Translations under genes and position numbers: made by a program
Source: Antedon mediterranea
Lineage: Eukaryota; Animalia; Echinodermata
NCBI RefSeq assembly: GCF_964355755.1
Contig: NC_092673.1
Coordinates: 33,787,648-33,851,647 of the forward strand
Length of the DNA: 64,000 nucleotides
Direction: 5' to 3'
Shown here: positions 50,600 through 62,165 of the stretch, one piece after another
Layout of the letters: every line of letters begins with the position of its first letter
Numbering within the stretch: position 1 is the stretch's first letter
Notes under the pieces: model-generated
Told to the model about the DNA's origin: nothing
The model's input: the letters and a program-made list of their open reading frames with translations, nothing else
Database searches by the model: none

Positions 50600-51445
50600 T
50601 GCATATTAATTCTAGAAGTTTACTTCATAACATTGATTCTTTCAAATTATTTTTAACCAATGTAAATTATGATTTCGATATAATTGCAGTCTCGGAAAAC
50701 TGGTTGAAAGATGATAATCCATTAACCAATATCTCCAGTTATTCTTTCATTTAAAAAAACATACTAGGGCGGGCTGGTGGAGGTGTAGGGCTGTATGTTC
50801 GAAATAACAATGTGTTCAAAGATCTTTTCCTAGACCCCTCCCTATGCGACTCCCTTTTTTATTGAACTTGAACTTGAATCCAATCAAAACATTATTGTTG
50901 GTATAATCTATAGGGCACCATCTCTTGATACGAATGCTTTTATTGACGCTTTTGATCTCCTGTTAAATAATCTAGCAAAAACCAACAAAAAAATTTACTT
51001 ATTAGGTGATTTTAATATTGACCTACTTAAACATGAGTCCGATAATCAATCCAACAATTTTGTTAACTCTGTCTTTAGTAAATTCCTTTTACCTTTAATC
51101 AATAGACCAACTCGTATTACCCGAACATCAGCAACATTAATTGACAACATATTATCTAATCAAATTGAATCATCAAGTCTATCTGGACTTTTCTATAGTG
51201 ACATTAGTGATCATTTGCCCATTTTTAACATTACACCCTTATCAAATATACCAAACCGTCCTAAAAACTATGCAAGCCTAATCATACCTACAGAAAATTT
51301 AACGAAACAAATATTTCAAACATAAAAAAACGATTTGTCTAACATTAATTGGACTGGTGTTTATGGTACGGATGATCCTAATATTGCTTTACTTTCTTTT
51401 GAAACTGAATTTAAACGACTGTAAGATAAAAATTTTCCAATTCAA
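50600..51445 (+). mobile_element. LINE apurinic endonuclease domain, pseudogenised, inverted relative to the adjacent fragment
   Basis: Hand translation: NSRS, FDIIAVSENWL, GGGVGLYV, IIVGIIYRAP, LLGDFNIDLL, PTRIT..SATLIDNI, SDHLPIF, with stops and frameshifts. Confidence 0.88.
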
Positions 51446-51447
51446 GA

Positions 51448-51833
51448 GCTTACACCATTTCTAAAGAACAATTACACCAACTAAGCCCTAACAAACCTGG
51501 AATATTCTAGGTAGAGGTCTCAAGTTAATAGGACCAACACTGGCTTACACCATTCCTAAAGAACAATTACACCAACTAAGTCCTAACAAACCTGGAATAT
51601 TCTAGGTAGAGGTCTCAAGTTAATAGGAGCAACACTGGCTTACACCATTCCTAAAGAACAATTACACCAACTAAGCCCTAACAAACCTGGAATATTCTAG
51701 GTAGAGGTCTCAAGTTAATAGGAGCAACACTGGCTTACACCATTCCTAAAGAACAATTACACCAACTGAGCCCTAACAAATCTGGAATATTCCAGGTAGA
51801 GGTCTCAAGTTAATAGGAGCAACACTGGCTTAC
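51448..51833. repeat. 95 bp tandem repeat, 4 copies
   Basis: GCTTACACCATTCCTAAAGAACAATTACACCAACTAAG... at 51448, 51543, 51638, 51733. Confidence 0.95.
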
Positions 51834-51852
51834 CGTACACCTTTCCAATTCT

Positions 51853-52415
51853 AATGCTTGATTCCCACTAGAGATGACTAAGGATGTAAACGCAACGCAA
51901 GTGATTCGACTAACGTGATAGATTATTTACCTCCGCCAAGGAGGTATATGTAATTGTAATGTAATCTGTCGGTTTGTTAGCAGGATTACTTAAAAAGTAA
52001 TTACAAGATCTTTCCCAAAATGAAAAAAAAAACAGAAAGATATGTGGTCAAGGACCACGTCGTTAAATTTTAGAGGCAATTTTGGCGTTGCTGTTCATTG
52101 CTAGTCAACTAAAGCTATTGTTGGTTAAAAGGCTGATATAACCATTAAACTAAAATCACACACACATGCTTGTAGTGAAATTAGCCTAATTAGCACACAA
52201 TATAGATATTAGAGTTCATTCTAATATCTCTATGATCACACACAGCATTTAAGACAAAAATATATATATGTTTTCCGGTGAAATCTTATGTGGAAGAATT
52301 TTACAGTAAGTAGGAGGTATGCACTCGTTCTAGTTGGAATTGTCGCTTGTAATTGGTCAACTCGCTTGTGCTGCTTCTACGTTCTTGCATTGCATCTCTA
52401 GTGCGAATCAAACAT
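51853..52415. mobile_element. MITE interrupted by a Helentron/HINE-like element (~51925-52335)
   Basis: Outer TIRs AATGCTTGATTCCCACTAGAGATG / CATCTCTAGTGCGAATCAAACATT; the inner element begins TTTACCTCCGCCAAGGAGGT and ends GGAGGTATGCACTC..TTCTAGTT. Confidence 0.65.
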
Positions 52416-52925
52416 TAGAATTTAAATAAATTACAGAAATGAAATATTATTAAACAAATTATATATTCAAGTAAATTTTCTTTTGGATGATCCAAAGTCA
52501 AATAAAAGAAAATTTACTTGAATACTATACAGAGATCCAGATGAACTAATGAACTAATTTGGAAGGGGGAAAAAAGGTTGTAATGACTACATGATTTAGT
52601 TTGTAATGACTACACTCATTTATGTATATTTTAAAGCCTAAGACAAAAAATATGTCGTAAAAAAACATACCAATTTTTTTTTTAAATATTGGTTTTATAA
52701 ACATGGCTACTTGCTTTTATAACTGAATATTAAGAAATAAATTACTGATTTTAGGAAACATAGAAATCCATTTAAAGAAACAATTGTTTTCAAACATAAT
52801 AAAGTACTGATTTCGGAAACAATCTATACCGCTTTTTATAAACACAGATGTGCTAATAGGAGAGGTTAAATTTGCTTTCAGTTTTGTCCGTTAAAAGAGA
52901 TAAATTTCTTATTATATTTTGTTTT

Positions 52926-53129
52926 AAGGTTCTGGTGGGGTTTCTGGACTGCAGCACAGTTCATGATGTATTTTAATAAATACCCGTCACAATGATCGCC
53001 TGTGCTTCCGACATCAAGCATCAAGGACACAGGCTTTTTTCCATTCTATAGCAATCAGGTTACCCCGTGTCTGGGACCAGCTTCCAGACCGTTGACAGAT
53101 GCTGCAGTCCTAGAAAGCCCATCAGCCTT
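52926..53129. mobile_element. ~200 bp MITE-like inverted-repeat element
   Basis: AAGGTTCTGGTGGGGTTTCTGGACTGCAGCA versus TGCTGCAGTCCTAGAAAGCCCATCAGCCTT. Confidence 0.65.
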
Positions 53130-53852
53130 CATTAGAAAAGTTCATATTCATTTTGATTCGCTTTAACTGTATTTTGTCTTTATGTCTTTTATGTGTAAAC
53201 TGACTTTGGGGTTGGGTCAACCGGCTCAGCTACAGTGATTAAGTTCACTTATGTTGACCCTGGTCTCCAGAATTTCAGCTTTTTTTTGTTATGTATATAC
53301 TCAAATAGACCATTAAATAATTAAATGAAATTAACCCTACCATTATTATTTGGTAATTATTTCTAATCATTTACTAGGAAACCTTCAGGCTTTTGAAATT
53401 TTATTGTATTCAAATTACTGATAGTGTAAACTATTTTAAGGATTATGACATTGCTGTTAATTGGGGCAAGGGGAGGGTGTGGTTGTAAATGAAGTACAGT
53501 GGTTGTTCTGTCAATAGAATATACTTGCAAGCCCGTAGCCAGCATTTTACAGGGGGTTTCTTTTTTGCCAAAAAAGGGCACCTCCCCATCCATTATGGGG
53601 ATTACCTTTTGGTGTACCCTCTCCCCCACCCTTGGTTGCCTTTGTAATACTATATAAAAAATTCAATGCTGTTCATTGCCCGCCACACCTCCCCCTGGCA
53701 AACACAATGTAAACAGCCCAGCGCGTAACAGAGCCTTGAGGCAGGCGGTCACGTGCAAACAAGAATTTTTCGTTACATAACCTGCCAACACCAAGTGAAT
53801 GTACATGTATCTTAACAAATATAAGAGTTTCCTAGACCAGGACCCAGGAAGG

Positions 53853-55610
53853 GTGAAGTACAGTGGTTGTTACTGTGCATTTTCAGTCAACATATACTTG
53901 TGTTAATTGGGGCAGGGGGCTTGTAAATGAAGTACAGTGGCTGTTACTGTGCATTTTCAGTCAACATATACTTGTGTTATTTGGGGCAGGGGGTTGTAAA
54001 TGAAGTACAGTGGCTGTTAATGTGCATTTTCAGTCAACATATACTTGTGTTAATTGGGGCAGGGGGGTTGTAAATGAAGTAAAGTGGTTGTTACTGTGCA
54101 TTTTCAGTCAACATATACTTGTGTTAATTGGGGCAGGGGGGTTGTAAATGAAGTACAGTGGCTGTTACTGTGCATTTTCAGTCAACATATACTTGTGTTA
54201 ATTGGGGTAGGGGGGTTGTAAATGAAGTACAGTGGTTGTTATTGTGCATTTTCAGTCAATAGCATATACGTGTGTTAATTGGGGCAGGGGGGTTGTAAAT
54301 GAAGTACAGTGGTTGTTATTGTGCATTTTCAGTCAACATATACTTGTGTTAATTGGGGCAGGGGGGTTGTAAATGAAGTGCAGTGGCTGTTACTGTGCAT
54401 TTTCAGTCAACATATACTTGTGTTAATTGGGGTAGGGGGGTTGTAAATGAAGTACAGTGGTTGTTATTGTGCATTTTCAGTCAATAGCATATACGTGTGT
54501 TAATTGGGGCAGGGGGGTTGTAAATGAAGTACAGTGGTTGTTATTGTGCATTTTCAGTCAACATATACTTGTGTTAATTGGGGCAGGGGGGTTGTAAATG
54601 AAGTGCAGTGGCTGTTACTGTGCATTTTCAGTCAACATATACTTGTGTTAATTGGGGTAGGGGGGTTGTAAATGAAGTACAGTGGTTGTTATTGTGCATT
54701 TTCAGTCAATAGCATATACGTGTGTTAATTGGGGCAGGGGGGTTGTAAATGAAGTACAGTGGTTGTTATTGTGCATTTTCAGTCAACATATACTTGTGTT
54801 AATTGGTGTAGGGGGGTTGTAAATGAAGTAAAGTGGTTGTTACTGTGCATTTTCAGTCAATAGCATATACTTGTGTTAATTGGGGCAGGGGAGTTGTAGA
54901 TGAAGTACAGTGGTTATTAAATGTTACTGTGCATCTTCAGTCAATAGCATATACTTGTGTTAATTGGGGCAGGGGGGTTGTAAATGAAGTACAGTGGTTG
55001 TTACTGTGCATTTTCAGTCAATAGCATATACTTGTGTTAATTGGGGCAGGGGGTTGTAAATGAAGTACAGTGATTGTTACTGTGCATTTTCAGTCAATAG
55101 CATATACTTGTGTTAATTGGGGCAGGGGAGTTGTAGATGAAGTACAGTGGTTATTAAATGTTACTGTGCATCTTCAGTCAATAGCATATACTTGTGTTAA
55201 TTGGGGCAGGGGGGTTGTAAATGAAGTACAGTGGTTGTTACTGTGCATTTTCAGTCAATAGCATATACTTGTGTTAATTGGGGCAGGGGGTTGTAAATGA
55301 AGTACAGTGGTTGTTACTGTGCATTTTCAGTCAATAGCATATACTTGTGTTAATTGGGGCAGGGGGGTTGTAAATGAAGTACAGTGATTGTTACTGTGCA
55401 TTTTCAGTCAATAGCATATACTTGTGTTAATTGAGGCAGGGGGGTTGTAAATGAAGTACAGTGATTGTTACTGTGCATTTTCAGTCAATAGCATATACTT
55501 GTGTTAATTGGGGCAGGGGGTTGTAAATGAAGTACAGTGGTTGTTACTGTGCATTTTCAGTCAATAGCATATACTTGTGTTAATTGGGGCAGGGGGGTTG
55601 TAAATGAAGT
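53853..55610. repeat. 73-83 bp G-skewed satellite, ~23 copies
   Basis: GTTGTAAATGAAGTACAGTGGTTGTTACTGTGCATTTTCAGTCAA(TAG)CATATACTTGTGTTAATTGGGGCAGGGGG; a diverged outlier unit at ~53455-53527 is separated by a CAAGCCCGTAGCCAG-starting insert. Confidence 0.97.
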
Positions 55611-56694
55611 ATATTATATTGCACCGGTTTCCATTACAAATTAGATGTTCATGGCGCATTGACAAAACAATGAAATGAGTGAAATCATTGATGATTAATC
55701 TTTGATTTAAAGAAAATGTCCGGAATTTGGTTCCAAAGAAATGTAGATAGAAATGAGCTGTACAAGTAAATGAGCGATTACACTATGATTTTGAAGTTCG
55801 TAGTATCGTAAATAAACATCTAAGTCGTAGATTGCAAACAGGTTTATATTAAAAATTGAATTGGAGAAGTATGAAATCGCATGGTAAATTGTGGAGCGGT
55901 AGACAAAAACAAGTATTTTAAAAACATCAATTCAGGAATTGGGAGCCAATGCAGATCTTTTAAAATAAGTTATCTGTACGATCCTTGTAGCAATATTTTG
56001 CAAATGGCTGAGTCACTTGATTTGGGTCTTCGGTAGACGTAACAAAAGCATAAATAAGTTGTCTAGTAGCATGTACATAAAACCCCAAATTTTCCATTAT
56101 TTAATTAACATGATGATAATAAAAACTGTTTGAATTTGATTACTGTCACTTCGGATAAAAAAAATTTAAAATGGCTTTTCTCAAAATTAGGCAGCGGTAG
56201 AGTGGATGTACTTTTTCCCTTTTGGTTTAATATTTTCATTTATAATGTGCATTAGCAATAAAGGCTACCAATACCATGCAAGAGTGATTTTTGAACCTAT
56301 GACACTGTAAATTGGGTATTGGAACTTTTATAACAACGAACTATGTACTATTCTTGATAGAGCAGCAAGAATGCTAGGCAAGGGAGATACAGTAAAGAAA
56401 GGAGAAGTAGAGAACCAATAATACAAGGTATGAATTGTATTCCATTACAGAAAGTCTGTAATACACTTTAGATTGAGTGAATATAGAGTTGGTTTATCAT
56501 TGGTTTTTGATTCACTGTAATTGTTTTCATTGGTTGAGAATTATTAATTTCAGATTGAAAAGGAGATTTGTATAAACTATTAAAAATATACATATAAACA
56601 ATAAGTATTAACACTAAGTTCATGATTTGTTGTAAGTTCTCTGATGAGTGCGAGTGGTACTTTGGGAAAAAGTTGTGAAATGTAGGAGTATCTG

Positions 56695-57415
56695 CAGGGT
56701 CGGATTTAGGGGGCACGGCCCCCCACCTTTTGTAATATATATATATATTATGCACCCATTTACATACGATTTTATCAACGACATTACAAGAAAAGGGGGT
56801 AAAAATCAACATTAAAAATCGTTAAAATCTTCAACTTTTTTTTAAAGTTGAACCGAGTTCAACTTAAACGTTACGACAATCGGTAAAACTGTCTGACCAA
56901 TTAAATAGTTTATAAATTACGTCATCATTGTCTGTGAAAAAATATGTACGCGCTGACAATTTTTTACAACGCGACGATGTTTTTTGTACTCTTTTAAAGT
57001 CTGATATTTCAAAATAACAAGTGTAAGTAAAACTAAATTTGAATATAAAAACAATTTAATTTAATGTTTGTCTTTACTGTAAAGACTAGATTAAGATATC
57101 ATGGAAAACATGTCCTAGGCCGGCTGGGTTGAAGCATCAAAACCCATAACTTTTTCAATTTTCACACTGAAATTTGCGACGGGAAAACAGGCTTTATAAT
57201 GCGCAACAAAAAACAGTTCCGTATATTAAATATGGTCTATAAAACCCACTATATTCAGATAATTATATGACAAGAATCGACTGGCCAAAATGCCTCAGAT
57301 GCTATCTCCGGGCGTCTAGAAAACAAATTTTCGGGGGAGCATGCCCCCCAACCCCCTAGACGATTATTTTCCCTTATCGGCCCCCCTCTTTATCAAAATC
57401 CTAGATCCGCCCCTG
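56695..57415. mobile_element. Non-autonomous TIR transposon with probable 5 bp TSD (hAT5-like)
   Basis: CAGGGTCGGATTTAGG / CCTAGATCCGCCCCTG termini; ATCTG / ACCTG flanks; empty site visible in the paralogous segment near 59835. Confidence 0.78.
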
Positions 57416-60400
57416 ACCTGTTTGATAATGAGCAAACATAACCCTAGTGGAGAAAGTTTAACTACAGCTAGTTCCTAAGAAGTTTTTGTGAATACTTCAT
57501 CTTTAACAAGATCAAGGACCACACCTATGGCAATATTCAGAAGAGTTTGGAAATCAGAGTCACAAGGCTGATTGTTGGCATCACCAAAATATTCATTCTA
57601 AATCCCAATGTTGTTGATGTTTAAATTTTCCTTTTCAATACATCTTTTTCGTTTTTTTTAAGTATTGGTAACAAAGTTTATAAAATAAACCTGGGCTTAA
57701 GCATAGAGATATTATGGCTTAAGCTATCTTCATGTTACATTAATAAACTAATACATAAGTTAATTAATTATTTAATTTAAAAACAAAATATCTTCTAAAA
57801 GTACATGTACATAATTAATGGAATACCTCATAAATTAGCTCTCTTCAAAGAGTCTATTATCCAACTTGCATCTTTATGGCCCAGAAATTAATACTTCTGC
57901 TATACAACAACAGTACATGCCTATGAAGCTGCTTATTGCATACAACATCCTTTTACTGCATCATCTGTGTCACATGACTTCCTCAATCAGTTATGCATTC
58001 TATCCAATATTACAACTGTTAATAATAATAGGAAACACTTGTATAGTACAATTCAACCATTACTGTACACATTCAACTTTGTAGATTTGAAATCGGCATG
58101 TTTTAGAAACTGGTCAATCAAGAATAGTTTTATTGAGAGTCAACATCTTCAGTAAAAGGAATGAATAAATGTGGGTGACCCCCATGAAAGAGAGAAAAAA
58201 AAAAAACTTCCTGAACTATGATCATTTTCACACCTCCAAAACATTCATGCTGTTTATATTTTCTTAGTTTGGTTAATTTAGTAAAATTAATTGTTTATCT
58301 TTCCTTAAAAGACTGGTTTTAATTAGTTAAGTTAGTTGGACTCTAACATTGTTGTACTTGTATAATAATTTATTTGGTTAATTAATTTAATATTTTGTTT
58401 CTATTAATTCTAATAATTATGAAATCATATAAAAATAATAAATAATATCATTATTATTTAATACATTTAAATCGCTGTTCATAGTACATATTTATCGCAG
58501 TGTCTTTTATGCGCAAAGTTAGTCTGTTTCCTTTCGCGGAAAATGAACTTGGTCAGAATTTACCCTTATAGATGTGGACAACAATGACAAACCTCATCTA
58601 TTATTGACTGATCCGCAGGTAAGGACATTTTTAATTTACTGTAATTCATATGTTATTTTAGATCATTAATAATAATAATAATAATTTATTTGGAAAACGC
58701 TTTTTGAACAGCGGCACACATAATAATGGTGCATCCTTAAAACAATTAAACATACAATATAAAAATATATGAGTATAAAAATAAAGATAGACTAGATTAA
58801 AACAGATAATGCTCAGATAAAACGGAAGTTCGATAAAACCAAATTAAAAATAAACTGTAATAGTAAAACCAATTAAATGCAACCCACATACATAAGCTTG
58901 GACACTAAATTAGCATATCAATTAGTATTAGCATATCAATTAGTATTAGCATATCAATTAGTATTTTCTCTATGTTTAGACTAATTTGTTAAATCTGTTA
59001 TTTAAGGCAACTTTGTTACTATTAATTTGTAAACAGTACTTTTATGTTTGTGTATTTATAGTACCATAAATAATAGACAACTTCTTGTGTACTGTAATTT
59101 AAAATTGTATTGTAATACTTTTATTTGATATACTTTGGAACCGTTAAAGTATATATATGCTACATTAAAGTAATGTAAATTAAACACAACGCAATGTAAG
59201 GTAGAAACTATACGATCAAATGTGTGTTGTGACTTACAACTATGTTTTATTATTATGTTTTAATGAAGTTTTTCTGATCTCTTATTGACTGATCCGCAGT
59301 GAGGAGAATAAACTATCTGAAAACCAACAAAGCCAGAACGTCACCTCGAATCCTGAGCTTGGTGTGTAACCAGCAAGAACCGGTTACATCTGGCCAAGTA
59401 ATTTCTATATAAAATGGCAGTACAGTACACACCTATACAGTGTGTAGCCTTTCCGTGTTTTTTGGGTATGACTTTCACAATCAGTCCTGTCTACTAGTCT
59501 ATTTAATATAAATTCAAGCTGTTTAAAAAAAATGGGAGGTGATCTGAATTCAAAACAACAGCAGCATCCAACAACATATTCAACAACATATTCATTTATT
59601 ATGGAGACTTATTATTTTCAAAATTATTTTGGTATTGTTCACTATTGCCATTTAAAAAAAATTAATAATTTGTAATTTGATGGAGATTTGTAAAAACAAC
59701 TAAATATATATATACTTAATAAGCAATAAGTATTAACACTAGGTTCTGAATTAGTTGTAAGATTTCTAAACAGTTCTATAAATGGTAAAAGACTTCTCTG
59801 ATGATTGTACTTTGAGGAACAGGTGTGAAATGTAGGTGATCTGTTTGATGAGCAAACATAACACTAGTGGAGAAAGATAGAAGCACAATAATGTCTAAAT
59901 TACTACCTAAACATACATAAAAAAGAAAACAATCTAGAAGCCAATTTATTTAATTACAGCTAGTCATTCTTCTGAAGTTTTTTGTGAATATTCCTCCTTC
60001 AACAAGAGCAAGGACGCCACCTATGGCGATATTCATTCATTCATAATGGAATATTTATTAAATACATCTTCACAAAAAAATTGTGACAATTTTTTACATT
60101 ATTAAAAGGTACTTGAAATATTTAAAATGTTTAAAAAAGAAAGCATAAAAAAACCTTAAAAAAATGAGAAATACACAATACATCATAAAAAAAACAATAA
60201 AATAACTGAGCACAAAATCAAAACTAGTAAAAATCTTAATGACTGGCCAAGTGAATTGAAAAAATTACCTAACATATTATTTTTTATTCTTAACATATTA
60301 TTTTTTAACCAGAGTTTGGAAATCAGAGTCACAAGGCTGATGACGGTGGTTGGCATCACCAACATATTCGTTTTAAATCCCAATCTTGTTGATGTTTAAA

Positions 60401-60455
60401 TTTTCCTTTTCAATTTTTCATTGTTTTAGTATTATTATTATAAATCTGGGCTTAA

Positions 60456-60936
60456 AGACCCATTCTCTACGTTTTTTAGATCTAATTTAAGGTCACAAAC
60501 TACATTTAATGTACAAATAGATATTATATGGCCCTATTGAAGTAACTTTTTTCATCTTTAAATGGTTAAAAATGTGAAAAATAAGTCGATTCTAATAATT
60601 TTAGTGGCCCACTATAAATCCCAACATGCATTGCGCGCGGATTGATATTTTCGTTTTACTTCACCCACTTTTCAATCGATCGTGACGCCAAAACAATGTT
60701 GGACTTTTCAGCTACCGATGTTTACCAGCTAGGCGTACAAAACTAAGCCTAGCGAGGCTAGGCCTAAAGACCGTCCACGAGAGGACATTCACCGCGAGCT
60801 ACTTAGGTAGTGCATTGTTTCTCTCTTTTTATCATAATTTACCATAAAACGTATATTTAAGACCTGGTTTAATGTTTCTAAAGTAATATATATGCATTAT
60901 TTTTACAAAACATCACAAATTGTAGGGAATGGGTCT
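60456..60936. mobile_element. TTAA-target MITE (Kolobok/T2-like)
   Basis: TTAA|AGACCCATTCTCTAC ... GTAGGGAATGGGTCT|TTAA; absent from the paralogous segment. Confidence 0.88.
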
Positions 60937-62029
60937 TTAAGCTATTTTCATGTTACATTTATAAAATTAATACATATGAATTAATTTAAGTAATTAAGTT
61001 AATTAAACAAAATATCTTGTAAGAGTATATAATTCATAAAATACCTCATAAGCTGTCTTCAAAAAGTCTATTGGGCAACTTGCATCTTTCTGGCCTAGCC
61101 ATTAATAATTCTGCTATACTACAACACTACAGCCTATGAAGCTGCTTATTGCATACAACATCCTTTTTACCCCGTCATCTGTGTCACATGACTTCCTCAA
61201 TCAGTTATGCATGCTATCCAATATTACAACTGTTAATAAAAATAGGAAACACTTTTATAATACAATTAAACCATTGCAACTTTGTAGATCATAAAACCCA
61301 GTTAATAAAGGTCAAGTAATCAAATTTCCTTCCAACTAAAGTACAATTACTGGTTTCTTTTAACCTTTTCAGTAATAAAACTACAATTGGCAGCTAAATG
61401 TAATGCTTATAATTACACATTACATTATAGAACCATTTTCAAAACTTTCTTTTGTAACTCTGACAAAGTTTGTAAGATATTCATTGAATTATACTTTTGT
61501 TTTTGGCAGGCGAGTGGTTAAGACGGCGGTAGCCATAACATTGTCTAGGAATGTAATCCAAACTCATATGCAGATGCATAAGACTTGATTTGTATAAGGA
61601 TGAATCAATGTTTTGAATCTTGATTGTGGTACACATAGAAAACTCTATAAAAGTTACAAAAACAAAATATAAAGTCACCTACCTAAAGGAAGTACTGTAC
61701 TTATGAAGAATGTTGATTGGCTTAAATTTGTAGAGTGAGCCCTCTGTCAAAACAAAGATGATGAATCACCTATGCAGAGTGTTGATTGGCTTAAATTTGT
61801 AGAGTTATCTACTTGAAGAGATATCTACTTGGTAGGGTAGCTAGGCATCCTTATATAATAAGCTTGTCTAGTTAGGCGTTGCATTCACCTTGCGAAGAAT
61901 AATATACAGATAATTACGAATTAATGATTCCTTGGCAATAATATTCACTTAGGCCTTGGTCGTTTAAATTAACCGAAGAATTTCCATCAATAAGCCTACA
62001 TTAATAATAATATTATTATAAGGTAGGCC

Positions 62030-62165
62030 TGTCACGCCAAAATTGATCCGGCCAAAATCGGTCCGGCCGGATCAGTTTTGGCCGCCAAAACTGGTCCGGC
62101 CGGATCGATTTTGGCGTTGAACAGCCGCTAAAACAGGTCCGGTTAGGCCAAAACTGGTCCGGCCT
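62030..62165. mobile_element. Probable left terminus of a large DNA transposon with subterminal repeats
   Basis: Starts TGTCACGCC and has repeated, inverted CCAAAA(C/T)TGGTCCGGCCGGATC motifs; no matching right end in the window. Confidence 0.5.

Larger units (their letters stand above)
56550..61290. repeat. Old ~1 kb direct segmental duplication (56550-58090 and 59665-61290)
   Basis: Colinear shared blocks such as AGAGTTTGGAAATCAGAGTCACAAGGCTGAT and CATCTGTGTCACATGACTTCCTCAATCAGTTATGCAT. Confidence 0.9.

Noticed and set aside
54833-55261. Two near-identical 63 aa ORFs
   Set aside because: Translations of satellite units, as are 28089-28304, 32741-32977 and 33124-33315.
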